NCBI GenBank assembly: GCA_041691135.1 | Contig: JBEPVF010000003.1 | Coordinates: 1-64,000 of the forward strand | Source of the DNA: Candidatus Peribacteria bacterium | Lineage (GTDB): Bacteria; Patescibacteriota; Gracilibacteria; Peribacterales; Peribacteraceae | Direction of reading: 5' to 3' | DNA: 64,000 bases | Shown here: one piece after another, positions 16,658-27,328 of the stretch | How the letters are laid out: each line of letters starts with the position of its first letter | How positions within the stretch are numbered: position 1 is the first letter of the stretch | Position numbers and translations under genes: made by a program | The notes under the pieces: model-generated | What the model was told of the DNA's origin: nothing | The model's database searches: none | The model's input: the letters and a program-made list of their open reading frames with translations, nothing else

Positions 16658-18100
16658 TTGATTAGCATGCTCACTATGAACTTCGCCGGAGTGTTGTTCT
16701 GGTTATTTTTTGCCTTCTTCTACGGTGTTTTTTTACTGGTTCGAAAAAACATTCCGCTTCGAAATGTGTATCTCCTTGCCGTCAGTTATTGGTGTATCTG
16801 GCTATGGGATGGCCGATTGGTAGCCGTTTTGCTTGTGGTAACCGCCAGTAGTTTTGCGATTGGGCAATTGCTGCCGCGTATCCAGCGGACTGCGAGTCGC
16901 AGAACTGCATTCATTGCTGTTATCTGCTTGTACGTGGGGCTGCTGGGCTATTGCAAATACACCGGGTTTTTCGCCGATACGTTGTCATCACTCCTACGGC
17001 CTTACGGTTTTGCGATTGATACTCCTACTGTCGGCATTCTGCTGCCGCTCGGTCTTTCTTTTTACCTCTTCCAGGTCATCAGCTATCTGGCTGATATTTA
17101 TACCGGTAAACAGGAACCAAGCACGAACTGGATTCAATACGCGCTTTTCCTCGCGTTTTTCCCTAAATTTATTGCGGGTCCCATCGAACGCGCATCGCAT
17201 CTGCTGCCGCAATTTGATGCACAACAGCCGGTGACCAGATCCATGCTTTCCGAAGGTTTGTATCTGATCGTATGGGGACTGATTCTCAAATTCTGCATTG
17301 CCGATAATGCGGCGCCTATTGCCGCGTTGCAGTTTGCTCAGTACGACAATCTGCAATTCTATGCGATTGGGAGTCCGCTGGCGCTTACCTTGCAAATCTA
17401 TGCCGACTTTTCGGGTTACACGAATATCGCCCGGGGCATGGCGCAGCTGATGGGATTCTCGCTGACTGCGAACTTCGACATGCCGTACATCTCGCGCTCG
17501 CCGCGCGAATTTTGGCGGCGCTGGCACAGAAGTCTGTCGCAGTGGGTTCGCGATTACATCTACATTCCACTCGGCGGCAACCGGCACGGCACCCTCAAAA
17601 TGTATCGTAACCTGTTCATCACCATGCTGCTTGCCGGGCTGTGGCACGGAGCCAGCTGGCCGTTCGTGTTCTGGGGCATGTATCAGGGGCTCCTCCTCAT
17701 CTACTACGATATGTTTGGCAAGATGTTGGAGCCGTATCCTGCGTTCAGTCGGGTTCTTGCACATCCTCTCATTTCGATTCCGTTTTACTTTCTGCTCACC
17801 GTAGTCGGTTGGATCCTGTTCAGCAGTCAATCGGTCGCGCAGTTTCTGGTTATCCTCACATCGATTGGCAAACTGATCCTACATGGCCAGGTGCTGACAA
17901 ATGATTACGCACTGCCGCTGGCAATTGTTCTCTGGTTGCCGATTATTCTGATGGAGTCGCTGCAACTGCTCTCGAAGCAGCAGTATGTCGTGCCACGCCT
18001 ATCGATCTTCTCTCAGGTACTTTTTTACTATGCCGCCTGCTACGCCTTGATCTTTTTCACGCCTTTCACCGTACAAGAATTCATCTATGGTCAATTCTAA
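16658..18100 (+). CDS. MBOAT family O-acyltransferase (AlgI/PatA/DltB-like); start may be slightly downstream
   Basis: LPLGLSFY, FFPKFIAGPIER, QIYADFSGY, EFWRRWH.SLS.W.RDYIYIPLGG, GLWHGA. Confidence 0.93.
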   Translation: MISMLTMNFAGVLFWLFFAFFYGVFLLVRKNIPLRNVYLLAVSYWCIWLWDGRLVAVLLVVTASSFAIGQLLPRIQRTASRRTAFIAVICLYVGLLGYCKYTGFFADTLSSLLRPYGFAIDTPTVGILLPLGLSFYLFQVISYLADIYTGKQEPSTNWIQYALFLAFFPKFIAGPIERASHLLPQFDAQQPVTRSMLSEGLYLIVWGLILKFCIADNAAPIAALQFAQYDNLQFYAIGSPLALTLQIYADFSGYTNIARGMAQLMGFSLTANFDMPYISRSPREFWRRWHRSLSQWVRDYIYIPLGGNRHGTLKMYRNLFITMLLAGLWHGASWPFVFWGMYQGLLLIYYDMFGKMLEPYPAFSRVLAHPLISIPFYFLLTVVGWILFSSQSVAQFLVILTSIGKLILHGQVLTNDYALPLAIVLWLPIILMESLQLLSKQQYVVPRLSIFSQVLFYYAACYALIFFTPFTVQEFIYGQF

Positions 18101-19109
18101 GATCCTCCGGCGGCTTCGGTCCTCGGCACCGGTTCTGATTTTTCTGCTACTGTTGATCGGCACCGAAATGGTCAGTGCCGTGATTCTGAACCATGTGCAT
18201 GTCGCCGGCGCCGAGCAGGATATCTTTGAGCACGACAAAGCAGTGAGCCGGGGGAGGGAGTCCTACGATGTCCTGTTTCTGGGTGATTCCACTGCCGCCC
18301 ATGGCGCCATTCCGCGTTTGTTTACGCAGGCAACCGGTGCGAGTGCCTACAATCTGGCGACCTATGCCGGCGTTGCGGCGTTCGCGGACTTGTCGTTGCT
18401 CGAAAGCTACCTGCAGAAACATGCGGCACCTCAGGCGATTTTTGTCACCCGCAGTGCCGAGATGTGGTCGACGAAGCAGGCTTATGATGTGTACCGGGAA
18501 GATTTCTCGCGTTCAGACATCACTTCATTGCTGTGGAGGAACGGACTGTTTTCCGACTCTCAGATCAGTCAGCAGGTATTGGCCGATCTGCTTCCATCAA
18601 TACATCTGCGTTATCAGTGGTTGCATGCACAAGCCGAGCGTCCGACGACTTCGCCCCAGCAAGTGATCGATATGCGCAGAGAACGGGGGTACATCCGATT
18701 GGATACCGTCTACGATCCGGCGAGCTCCAATGCCGATGCAGGGTCCCGGATACTGATGGACGGTGCAGATCACTACGGGGTGTTACCCGAAAACCTGCTG
18801 CTGCTCTCTCGGCTGTGCGATGTCGCGGCAGAGCATCATATTCAGGTGTATATCCTGACGGCGCCGTTTGCATCGGCACCACGCGAGCAAGCTCTGACGT
18901 ACAACATTCGAAAACTCCAGCGCACGCTGCGTGTGCAGTTGGAGAATCAAAAGACATGTCACGTGATCGGCGGCGCAACCGTGAGCCCTGATTCGTTGAT
19001 GGCTGACCTGACACATTTGAATAACACGGGAGCCGTACTCTTTACGCGAAAGCTGGCTGATCTTTATAAGCATGACCGACTGGCAAAAATGCGGATCAGC
19101 GCGGAATAG
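18087..19109 (+). CDS. SGNH/GDSL-like partner of the MBOAT (AlgJ/PatB/DltD-like)
   Basis: N-terminal TM, LFLGDS, YNLA, D..HLN..GA; overlaps the MBOAT stop. Confidence 0.75.
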   Translation: MVNSKILRRLRSSAPVLIFLLLLIGTEMVSAVILNHVHVAGAEQDIFEHDKAVSRGRESYDVLFLGDSTAAHGAIPRLFTQATGASAYNLATYAGVAAFADLSLLESYLQKHAAPQAIFVTRSAEMWSTKQAYDVYREDFSRSDITSLLWRNGLFSDSQISQQVLADLLPSIHLRYQWLHAQAERPTTSPQQVIDMRRERGYIRLDTVYDPASSNADAGSRILMDGADHYGVLPENLLLLSRLCDVAAEHHIQVYILTAPFASAPREQALTYNIRKLQRTLRVQLENQKTCHVIGGATVSPDSLMADLTHLNNTGAVLFTRKLADLYKHDRLAKMRISAE

Positions 19110-19188
19110 CATTCAACTCTCAAGAGCGCAGTTATAAATTCTCCACATAATTTGTAACGCAAGCCACAAAACGTCGTTCTTTGCAACG

Positions 19189-20964
19189 ATGCCTACGACT
19201 ATTCACCATCGGCAGGTGCTCTTGTTCATGTGGAGCTATGTCCGCAGTCACCTAGGCGTGCTGCTCGTGATGCTGCTCACGTCAATTCTGTCGACGGCAG
19301 CGGTGCTGATACAGCCATTCTTTTATAAATGGGCGGTAGATGTGGTCACGCACAACTCAGCAGGAAATCCAGCGGCGCTGTGGCAGGCGAGCAAGTTCAT
19401 CGTCTTTGGCGTCGCGATGGGGGCCATTGCTCTGTTCCTGGATCAGGCGTCGAACATTCTGCTTGGATGGGTGGAATCACGCATTATGCGCACGGTGCAC
19501 GTCGAGGTGTTCTCGCGCGTGCAGCGGCTGTCGGCCGGGTTCCATGTGAATGAGTTTGCCGGCGCTACGTCGCGCAAAATCGGTCGTGGTGTCGATGCGA
19601 TCGAGGGGCTGATGGACCGCATCTGGCAGAACTTTTTACCGGCCATCATTCTGATGGTCGGTCTGATGATTGTCTTGATGTCCACTGCGCCGATTATCGG
19701 TATCGCGATGCTGACTGGGAGTCTGTTCTATGCCGTGCTCATGATCTGGCTGAATATCAAATTGGCCGCTTGGTATAGCTGGGTCGATCGGCAAGACACG
19801 CGCGTGACGGCCAGTTTAGTCGACACCATCTCGGGCAATCCACTCGTTAAATCTTTCGCTGCCGAGGTGCGGGAAGACCGGCGGCATGATGCGGTGGTGG
19901 CCGAGTGGCAGCGTCGGATCTGGAAGACGTGGAACATCGCCACGGTGCTCTTCCTCTTCCAGTTCATCTTCATGATGGGCATCGAAGGCATGATCCTTCT
20001 GTTGGCTGTGTATCAGTGGTACATCGGCCACTTCACAGCCAGTGATTTCATCGTCATCATTTTCTACATCGGACAATTATGGAACCGGTTGCTGGATATC
20101 GGCCGCAACATGCGTGAGTATCTGAAGAATGCCGCTCACTGCGAAGAGATGATCGAATTAGCGGAACGCGAATTTGCTGTAGCAGATGCAAAAGGTGCAC
20201 AGTCGTTGGAAGTACCACAGGGAGCGATTGAGTTTCAAGCGGTTACGTTTCGCTACGAGCAAACAACATCGCCGATCTTCCGCGATTTCTCGGTGGCCAT
20301 GAAGCCGGGCGAGAAAGTGGCATTGGTCGGTCACTCCGGCGGCGGCAAGAGCACGTTCGTCAAACTGCTGCTGCGCTTGTACAACCTCGACCACGGTCGT
20401 ATCTGCATCGACGGGCAGGACATCGCACATGTGACGCAGGAGAGCTTACGTACAGCTATCGGACACGTGCCGCAGGATCCGATTCTGTTCCACCGCTCAA
20501 TTGCCGAGAACATCTCCTACGGCAAGCCAGACGCTACGCTCGACGAGATCCGTCACGCAGCCAAGCTTGCACATGCAGCGGAGTTCATCGAAGTACTGCC
20601 CAAAGGCTACGACACGCTCGTCGGTGAGCGCGGTATCAAACTCTCGGGTGGCGAACGCCAGCGTGTAGCCATCGCTCGGGCGATCCTGGCCGATAAGCCG
20701 ATCCTTGTGCTGGACGAAGCCACGAGCAGCCTCGATTCGATCTCGGAGCAGTACATTCAGGACGCGCTGCAACACCTGATGGAAGGACGCACGTCGATCG
20801 TGATCGCGCACCGTCTGTCGACCATCAAGAGTGCGGACCGAATTCTCGTGATCGATGCTGGCGCCATCATAGAGCAGGGTTCCCATGCGGAGCTGCTCCA
20901 GCGCGAAAACGGCATGTATCGCCAATTATACGAACTGCAGGCGGGAGGGTTTATCGGGGAATAG
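19189..20964 (+). CDS. ABC exporter, fused permease and ATPase (ABCB type)
   Basis: Multi-TM domain, GHSGGGKS, LSGGERQR, LDEATS. Confidence 0.93.
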   Translation: MPTTIHHRQVLLFMWSYVRSHLGVLLVMLLTSILSTAAVLIQPFFYKWAVDVVTHNSAGNPAALWQASKFIVFGVAMGAIALFLDQASNILLGWVESRIMRTVHVEVFSRVQRLSAGFHVNEFAGATSRKIGRGVDAIEGLMDRIWQNFLPAIILMVGLMIVLMSTAPIIGIAMLTGSLFYAVLMIWLNIKLAAWYSWVDRQDTRVTASLVDTISGNPLVKSFAAEVREDRRHDAVVAEWQRRIWKTWNIATVLFLFQFIFMMGIEGMILLLAVYQWYIGHFTASDFIVIIFYIGQLWNRLLDIGRNMREYLKNAAHCEEMIELAEREFAVADAKGAQSLEVPQGAIEFQAVTFRYEQTTSPIFRDFSVAMKPGEKVALVGHSGGGKSTFVKLLLRLYNLDHGRICIDGQDIAHVTQESLRTAIGHVPQDPILFHRSIAENISYGKPDATLDEIRHAAKLAHAAEFIEVLPKGYDTLVGERGIKLSGGERQRVAIARAILADKPILVLDEATSSLDSISEQYIQDALQHLMEGRTSIVIAHRLSTIKSADRILVIDAGAIIEQGSHAELLQRENGMYRQLYELQAGGFIGE

Positions 20965-20968
20965 AGCC

Positions 20969-21355
<387 letters not shown>

Positions 21356-21432
21356 CAGGCAGTGGGGAAAGAAGTAGAGATAACTCTAACAGGGCGCGCT
21401 CAAAACTGATACTTCAAAATCGAGAATTATCA

Positions 21433-23007
21433 TTATTCAATCTCCCGCAGGAGCGTTTTTGCCTTCGTATTTGTCGGGTCCAGCCTGAGGGTCGTTCGTA
21501 GCTCGCGTCTGGCCTTTTCGCGTTCGCCGATGTCGCCGTACGCGATGGCGAGGTTGAAGTGGGCGATGGCGAAGAGGGGATCCAGCGCGATGGCGCGTTG
21601 GTATTCCCGTATTTCTTCATCGTGACGCTCCTTCGCGCCGTACGCGGCGCCCAGGTTGCTGTGCACATCTGGGTCATTGGGATACAGAGCGATAGACTTC
21701 TCGTATTCCTGAATCGCTTCATCCCACCGCTCCTCGCGTGCGTACTGGATGCCCTGTGCGGAATAGGGAAGGTAGAAATCGGGGGAGAGCGCCTCAGCTG
21801 AATGGAAGAGCGAACGAGTGTCGCGCCAGGCAAAGGCACGCTTGTAGGTCATGGCGCTCAGAACAATCAGCAGAATGCCGCTCACCAGCAGGATGTTTTT
21901 CTGCCCTATTTTTCGTTCACTGAGTTGGTGTAGGACGATCAGCACGAGAGCGATCAGTCCGATGGATGGCAGGTAGATGTAGCGTTCGGATCCGACGTAG
22001 GCGATACCGCGGGTGAATGCGTTGCCGAAGGTGGGGGAGAGAGTCAGGAGGAAGAAAAAGTAGGCCGATGCTGCCAGTCGCTTGTTCTTGTAGAAAAGGA
22101 AACCGAGGCAACCGAGGGACCCGATGACAAAGACGAGAGGAAGGAAGAAAGCGGGTGAGCGCAAGGTGATTGGCTCAAGGTAGGGATGAACGATGGAGAG
22201 GTGGATGGGCAGGAAGAATTTTCCGAGGGCGAAGACGATGGTTTTGGGAGCCATTAGGAGGAGGGTTGAGAGTGGGGCTTTGTGGATCAGACTGACTTTG
22301 CCGAGGAGGGCCACCCACGCGAAGAGGCCACTCAGGATGGCGTAGGGGATTTTGTCGATCAGCATGTGTTTGGTCAGACGTCGGTGCTCCACGTAATCGA
22401 TTAACAGCAACGTGAACGGGAGCGTGATAATGACGACTTTGCTCAGGAGACCGAGGAAGAAGAGGGCCAGGCTGAGGATGTAGTTGCTCGGCGTATTCTC
22501 TCGTCGGTAGCGGATGTAGGTGAGAGTGCTGAGCAGAAAGAATGCAGTCGCGAGCAGGTCTTTGCGGGTCGAGATCCAGGCGACGGTGCCGCTCATCAGC
22601 GGGTGAACGAGGAAGAGTATGCCTCCGAGCAGCGCCAGACTTCGACGCTGCTCAGTCTGACAATTCTTACAGAAGAGCCAGAAGAAGGCAGTCACAAGCA
22701 ACGCATTAAACGCGTGGAGGAGGACGTTATCGATGTGGTAGAGGAGCGGATCGAGGCCAGCGAGTTGGTACTCAATCTGATACGTGAGAAGCGTCACTGG
22801 GATGTAGAGCTCGGGGTCGTAGGTCGTGAAAATTCCTCTCAGTGTTTGTGGATTGATCGCATGGACCAAGGAGTTATCGCGAACCAGCAACGCATCATCG
22901 AGCTCGATGAATTGGCCGTGGAGGGCGGGGAAATAGAGAGCAAGTGTCACAAGCAAGAAGCAGGCAAAGAGAAGGAGCCAATGTGAGAGCTTCGTTACGT
23001 GAAACAC
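21433..23007 (-). CDS. TMTC-like GT-C membrane glycosyltransferase with C-terminal TPRs (start uncertain)
   Basis: ELDD acidic motif after TM1, YH..NVLLH, HP...VAWI..RKD, ERY.YLP, 3-4 TPRs. Confidence 0.8.
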   Translation of the reverse strand: MFHVTKLSHWLLLFACFLLVTLALYFPALHGQFIELDDALLVRDNSLVHAINPQTLRGIFTTYDPELYIPVTLLTYQIEYQLAGLDPLLYHIDNVLLHAFNALLVTAFFWLFCKNCQTEQRRSLALLGGILFLVHPLMSGTVAWISTRKDLLATAFFLLSTLTYIRYRRENTPSNYILSLALFFLGLLSKVVIITLPFTLLLIDYVEHRRLTKHMLIDKIPYAILSGLFAWVALLGKVSLIHKAPLSTLLLMAPKTIVFALGKFFLPIHLSIVHPYLEPITLRSPAFFLPLVFVIGSLGCLGFLFYKNKRLAASAYFFFLLTLSPTFGNAFTRGIAYVGSERYIYLPSIGLIALVLIVLHQLSERKIGQKNILLVSGILLIVLSAMTYKRAFAWRDTRSLFHSAEALSPDFYLPYSAQGIQYAREERWDEAIQEYEKSIALYPNDPDVHSNLGAAYGAKERHDEEIREYQRAIALDPLFAIAHFNLAIAYGDIGEREKARRELRTTLRLDPTNTKAKTLLREIE

Positions 23008-23036
23008 AGAGTCATACTCTACGTTCGAATTTTTAC

Positions 23037-24716
23037 TTAGTACACTTCCGCCACATAACACTCCTGGCAATACACCTTTTCGGGTCGCTGCTCGGTGTAG
23101 GTACTCATAATCTCTTTGTGACAATGATCACATTTTCTGGGCCATAGGTGACGCGGATTTCTGAGTCGCATGCGTGCGTCGTAGCGGCAATCGGGGCAGC
23201 GGCGCGGCAGGGGAATGCGGTTGGTACGGTAGAAGCTGAGTTCCTGCGGGATGATGCGGTAGTTCTTGGTGCAGTCGATGCAGGCGAAAATTTCCTGAGT
23301 CAGTGAATCGGTTGTGTCATCGATCGATTCGGGAAGCGTTGCCGTCTGCGGACGGTAGTCGCGGATATCCCGTTCGCGCCAGTAGAAACCTTTGGCCGTG
23401 GCTTCCTCTTTCGTCAGTGGGAAGTATTCGCTGGCCAGCGATTCGTTGTAGCCGAAGGGGCTCATCGATGCCGGAAAGAACTGGCCCCACTCTTGGCTCT
23501 TCTGCATGTGTTCAATAATCTTCGGAACGAGCTGTTCATATTCTTCCTGCGTGTACTGCTTGTTGAAGATGCAGTACTTTTTGCGCACCATACCGATGCA
23601 GCCGAAGCAATCGCTGGAGTAGTAACAGGTGTCGGAGTACAGCATGCGCTGGCTGTAAAAGACATAGAGGCAGTAGGCCACATTGTACGCTTCGATCGTC
23701 CCGAGCGTGTCGTAACAGAGCTCCGGTTTCAGATACATGTTCGAGCAGTCGTAACAATCCTTCACGTTCACGCCCACGCACACATTGCGGCAGTCCTGGC
23801 TGTCGTTCATGTCGTAACAATCGTGGCAGTTACTGGAATTTTCGATGTAGTCGCCGGTGCAGTTCTCGCTGTTCACGATGTTGGCATATTTGCGGATCAT
23901 ACCCTTCGTCTGTTCGGTCAATGCTCCTTTCATCTGCTCGGTCCGTGTGAAATTGCCACGGAATTCAGCCAGGCGCTTCTCGTACTCTTCTTTGCCCAGC
24001 TGCTCGTTCAGAAAATAGTATTCTTTGTGCGATACGTTGGTGCACAGGCAGCAGTTTTTGCACGACTGCAGGTTGGACGAAAAGAAACAATCGCTGCAGT
24101 TTTGGCTGAACTGCAGATACTGGCAGTTGTAGCAGCCGTAGCAGCTGAAGCATTCGTAACACAGTTGGCTGTCGTACAGATACGCGCAATCGACTGAATC
24201 TTTGCACTTCTGATACAGCTTGCCGTAGTAGCACTCCTCGCAGTACTCAGATGAATTGATGAGATAGCAGTTTTTGCAGTAGCCGGTACCGGTCGTGAAG
24301 GCGGAGTTTTCGTTCGACACGGTAATGAGCGCCAGGCGCGGCACGTCTTTCTGCAGTTCGGCGAATTGTTCGAAAAACGGTCGCTTGAAATCGAAGTCAC
24401 GGCCATAAATCAGCGGATCCCATCCATCGCTGTTCCATTCATCCTGCGAGTAGATTCTGTAGGGCTCCCCCCACAGCGGCTCCGGCGTGTAGAGCGCGAC
24501 GATTTCTTTGCCCGAAAAATCCGAGCGGGCTTTGTTCAGAAAGCGTTCATTACGATGCATGGTACGAAGTTGCAGGCGGCAATCAGAACAGTAGCGCGAA
24601 AGAGCGGGGTGGAAGGTCTTGCTCCCGTAGGTGAAGCCGAGCTTCTGCACGAACTGCTCTTCGTCGGGCTGAATGGTGAACGAGGCAGAGCAGAGTTGGC
24701 ACGATTGTTCTTGCAT
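23037..24716 (-). CDS. Cys-rich CPR-family protein (Zn-ribbon ends, Cys-periodic core), paralog 1
   Basis: CxxC ends, RNER, WDP..YGRDFDF.RPFF.QF, IIPQEL.FYR...PLPR.CPDCRY, RNPRHLW. Confidence 0.85.
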   Translation of the reverse strand: MQEQSCQLCSASFTIQPDEEQFVQKLGFTYGSKTFHPALSRYCSDCRLQLRTMHRNERFLNKARSDFSGKEIVALYTPEPLWGEPYRIYSQDEWNSDGWDPLIYGRDFDFKRPFFEQFAELQKDVPRLALITVSNENSAFTTGTGYCKNCYLINSSEYCEECYYGKLYQKCKDSVDCAYLYDSQLCYECFSCYGCYNCQYLQFSQNCSDCFFSSNLQSCKNCCLCTNVSHKEYYFLNEQLGKEEYEKRLAEFRGNFTRTEQMKGALTEQTKGMIRKYANIVNSENCTGDYIENSSNCHDCYDMNDSQDCRNVCVGVNVKDCYDCSNMYLKPELCYDTLGTIEAYNVAYCLYVFYSQRMLYSDTCYYSSDCFGCIGMVRKKYCIFNKQYTQEEYEQLVPKIIEHMQKSQEWGQFFPASMSPFGYNESLASEYFPLTKEEATAKGFYWRERDIRDYRPQTATLPESIDDTTDSLTQEIFACIDCTKNYRIIPQELSFYRTNRIPLPRRCPDCRYDARMRLRNPRHLWPRKCDHCHKEIMSTYTEQRPEKVYCQECYVAEVY

Positions 24717-24817
24717 GGGAACAGGTAAATAGATTGATAAAAGCTATAAAACAGTCTTTACTTAACTGTAAGGGTACATGGTCTGTAAACTGTTCTTCCT
24801 TCTGAACAACACGATTC

Positions 24818-25582
24818 ATGCTCGCTCAGTACTTTCAAAAGCTCGGCTTTTCGGACAAAGAGCAGAAGATTTATCTAATATTGGCGGAGGTTGGGCTGCA
24901 GCCGGCATCAGTGGTGGCTCGTCGCTCGGGCCTCGATCGGGTTACTACGTACAAGCAACTGAAGCGCCTGGCCGAGCGCGGCTTTGTAAAAGTCTACTTC
25001 CGCGAAGGCACTCAGTACTTCGGTATCGACAGTTTCGAGAATATCGAAGCGCAATTGCGCGAAAAGGCCGAGACGTTCGGTGAACTGCTCGAGATGTTCC
25101 CGACGGCGATGAACCTACTCAAATCGCTCAAAGAAGGCGAGGATGTGATGCCGCGGCTGCAGATGTTCGAAGGAGAAGCGGGCATCAAGAGTCTCTTCCG
25201 CGATCTACTGATGGAAGTGCGGCACGAAAAGGTGCGGCAGGTGCGCATGCTCAGTTCCAATACGTTCGAGGAATGGCTGGGGGATGATGCATTGGCCAAA
25301 ACGGTGCGTGAGTTTTACAAAGAGTTGCAGCAGAAATCCGTCGCACTGGAATTGTTCGAAATCACCGGTGGATTGGTGCCGGAGCGGGTGCAGCGTCTGT
25401 CGCATCAGACATTGCAGAAGGGGAAATTGCCCGTGGCACACGGATCAACGAATATCTTCATTGTCGGTCACACAGTCTATTTCGCTTGCTACAAAGGGAT
25501 GCAGATTGGGCTCAAGATTAAGCAGGCCGAACTGAGTCAGATTTTTCATTTTGTGTTTGATGTATTGGGGAAACAAAAATAG
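24818..25582 (+). CDS. TrmB-like wHTH transcriptional regulator
   Basis: LGFSDKEQKIYL.L...ASVVARRSGLDRVTTY..L..L...G; P.LQMFEGEAGIK. Confidence 0.85.
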   Translation: MLAQYFQKLGFSDKEQKIYLILAEVGLQPASVVARRSGLDRVTTYKQLKRLAERGFVKVYFREGTQYFGIDSFENIEAQLREKAETFGELLEMFPTAMNLLKSLKEGEDVMPRLQMFEGEAGIKSLFRDLLMEVRHEKVRQVRMLSSNTFEEWLGDDALAKTVREFYKELQQKSVALELFEITGGLVPERVQRLSHQTLQKGKLPVAHGSTNIFIVGHTVYFACYKGMQIGLKIKQAELSQIFHFVFDVLGKQK

Positions 25583-25612
25583 CCGCTGGCTTTGGCGCTC
25601 TCCGAACTTGTG

Positions 25613-27280
25613 TCAATAAATCTCCTTCAAATAACATTCCTCGCACACCACTCTCTCCGGACGATCAGGTGCGTAGCTGGTTTGAATCGGCTTTTGACAG
25701 TCAGCGCAGGTGCGCTGCCACAGATGCCGTGGATTGCGTGTCATCAGTCGGTCAGTGTAACGGCAATCGGGGCACAGGCGGGGGAGCGGAATCATGTGCG
25801 TTCTGTAAAAGGCGAGTTCCTGCGGGATGATCCGATAGTTTTTGCGGCAGCGCTCACAGGCCAGGATTTCTTTGGTGATCGCATCCGATACCTCTGTGAT
25901 CGACAAAGAACTGTCGTGTAAGCGGATTGTTTCTTTGCCGGTGGATGTTTCGGTTTCTTCTTTCCATTTCCAGCCATGTGCTAACACTTGTTCCTTCGAG
26001 AGTGGACGGTGTTGTTCGTGGGCCAGGGTTTCGTTGTACGCGAAGGGGCTGAGAGTGATGGGAAAGAATTCGCCGTATTCCCCGGTCGATTGCATGTGTT
26101 TCACAATTTTTGGCAAAAGCAGACCGTATTCTTCTTCGGTGTACTGTTTGTTGAGAATGCAAAACTTGCTTTGCTGCAGTGAAATACAGCCAAAACAGTG
26201 CTCGGTATGCTGGCAGGTATCGCAGTAAAAATTGCCGTGGCCTTCCCAGCATTGGATGCAAAAGGCGGAGCTCTGTTGGCTGACCAGCGAATAGGATTCG
26301 TAGATCAGTTCGGACCAGCCCGGATGATAGCAATCGAGGGCATCCTGCACACCATCGGTATCCTGGACCCATTGGCAATCTTCGCACCGATACATCTGAA
26401 AGCAGTCGACACAGGTTTTGGATTCGAAAATGTAGTCGCCGGTGCACTGTTCGGTCTTCTCTTGCACCGAATACAGGTGCGGATGATTCCGTTTTAATTC
26501 GACCAACTTCTTCATTGCCGCCTCTCTGTGCTCGGGATTCTCCAGATCGATCTGGGCCATGCGGGCTTCGTAGTCTTCTTTGGTGAGCTGCTGGTTGAAC
26601 AGGCAGTACGATTTTTTTCGTAACCCCACGCAACCGAAGCAGTTGGTGCAGCCACGGCAGTCGTACAGAAAGAATGAATCGGTACAGTTATGGCTCAGGA
26701 TGCAAGATCGACAGTGGTAACTGTGATTGCAATCGGTGCAGTCATAACAGAGTTCGCACTCGAAGCAGTAGCTGCAATCGACGCAGTCGCGGCAATTCAG
26801 CAGCCAGTAGGCGTAGAGCAACGATTCGCACACGTAGACGCACTGACACATATAACAGGTGCGCGAATCGAAAGCGAAATTACAGTAGTCGGCGTTCTCG
26901 GTATTTTGTCCGTTGAGTGCCGCGCGCGGAACCACGGCGAGGAGATCGGCAAACTGATCGAAGAAGGGCCGTGAAAAATCGTAGTCGCGGCCGTAGCGCA
27001 ACGGATCCCAATCATCCTGTAACCACTCTTTGCGTTCGTAGACTGGAAAGGGGGTATCAGCCGGATAGACCGATAAGATTTGCTTGCCTGTTTTACTGCA
27101 GGGTCGGTGATACAGCGACCGCTCATTTCGCCAAGCCATCCGGCGTTGCAACCGACAAGCGGGACAATAAGTGGGTGAGGGGACAGAACCGACATCGAAC
27201 GTCTCACTGATTTTTTGACGCAGTGCAGCGGCGGTTGAAGTATCCTCGAATGGTTGTTGGCATGATCGACAAAGAGTCAT
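25613..27280 (-). CDS. Cys-rich CPR-family protein, paralog 2
   Basis: Same motifs as 23037-24716. Confidence 0.85.
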   Translation of the reverse strand: MTLCRSCQQPFEDTSTAAALRQKISETFDVGSVPSPTYCPACRLQRRMAWRNERSLYHRPCSKTGKQILSVYPADTPFPVYERKEWLQDDWDPLRYGRDYDFSRPFFDQFADLLAVVPRAALNGQNTENADYCNFAFDSRTCYMCQCVYVCESLLYAYWLLNCRDCVDCSYCFECELCYDCTDCNHSYHCRSCILSHNCTDSFFLYDCRGCTNCFGCVGLRKKSYCLFNQQLTKEDYEARMAQIDLENPEHREAAMKKLVELKRNHPHLYSVQEKTEQCTGDYIFESKTCVDCFQMYRCEDCQWVQDTDGVQDALDCYHPGWSELIYESYSLVSQQSSAFCIQCWEGHGNFYCDTCQHTEHCFGCISLQQSKFCILNKQYTEEEYGLLLPKIVKHMQSTGEYGEFFPITLSPFAYNETLAHEQHRPLSKEQVLAHGWKWKEETETSTGKETIRLHDSSLSITEVSDAITKEILACERCRKNYRIIPQELAFYRTHMIPLPRLCPDCRYTDRLMTRNPRHLWQRTCADCQKPIQTSYAPDRPERVVCEECYLKEIY

Positions 27281-27328
27281 TGGGAAATACTATACCTCAA
27301 TGTCCGGCTTCTTCGGTTGTCTCAATAC

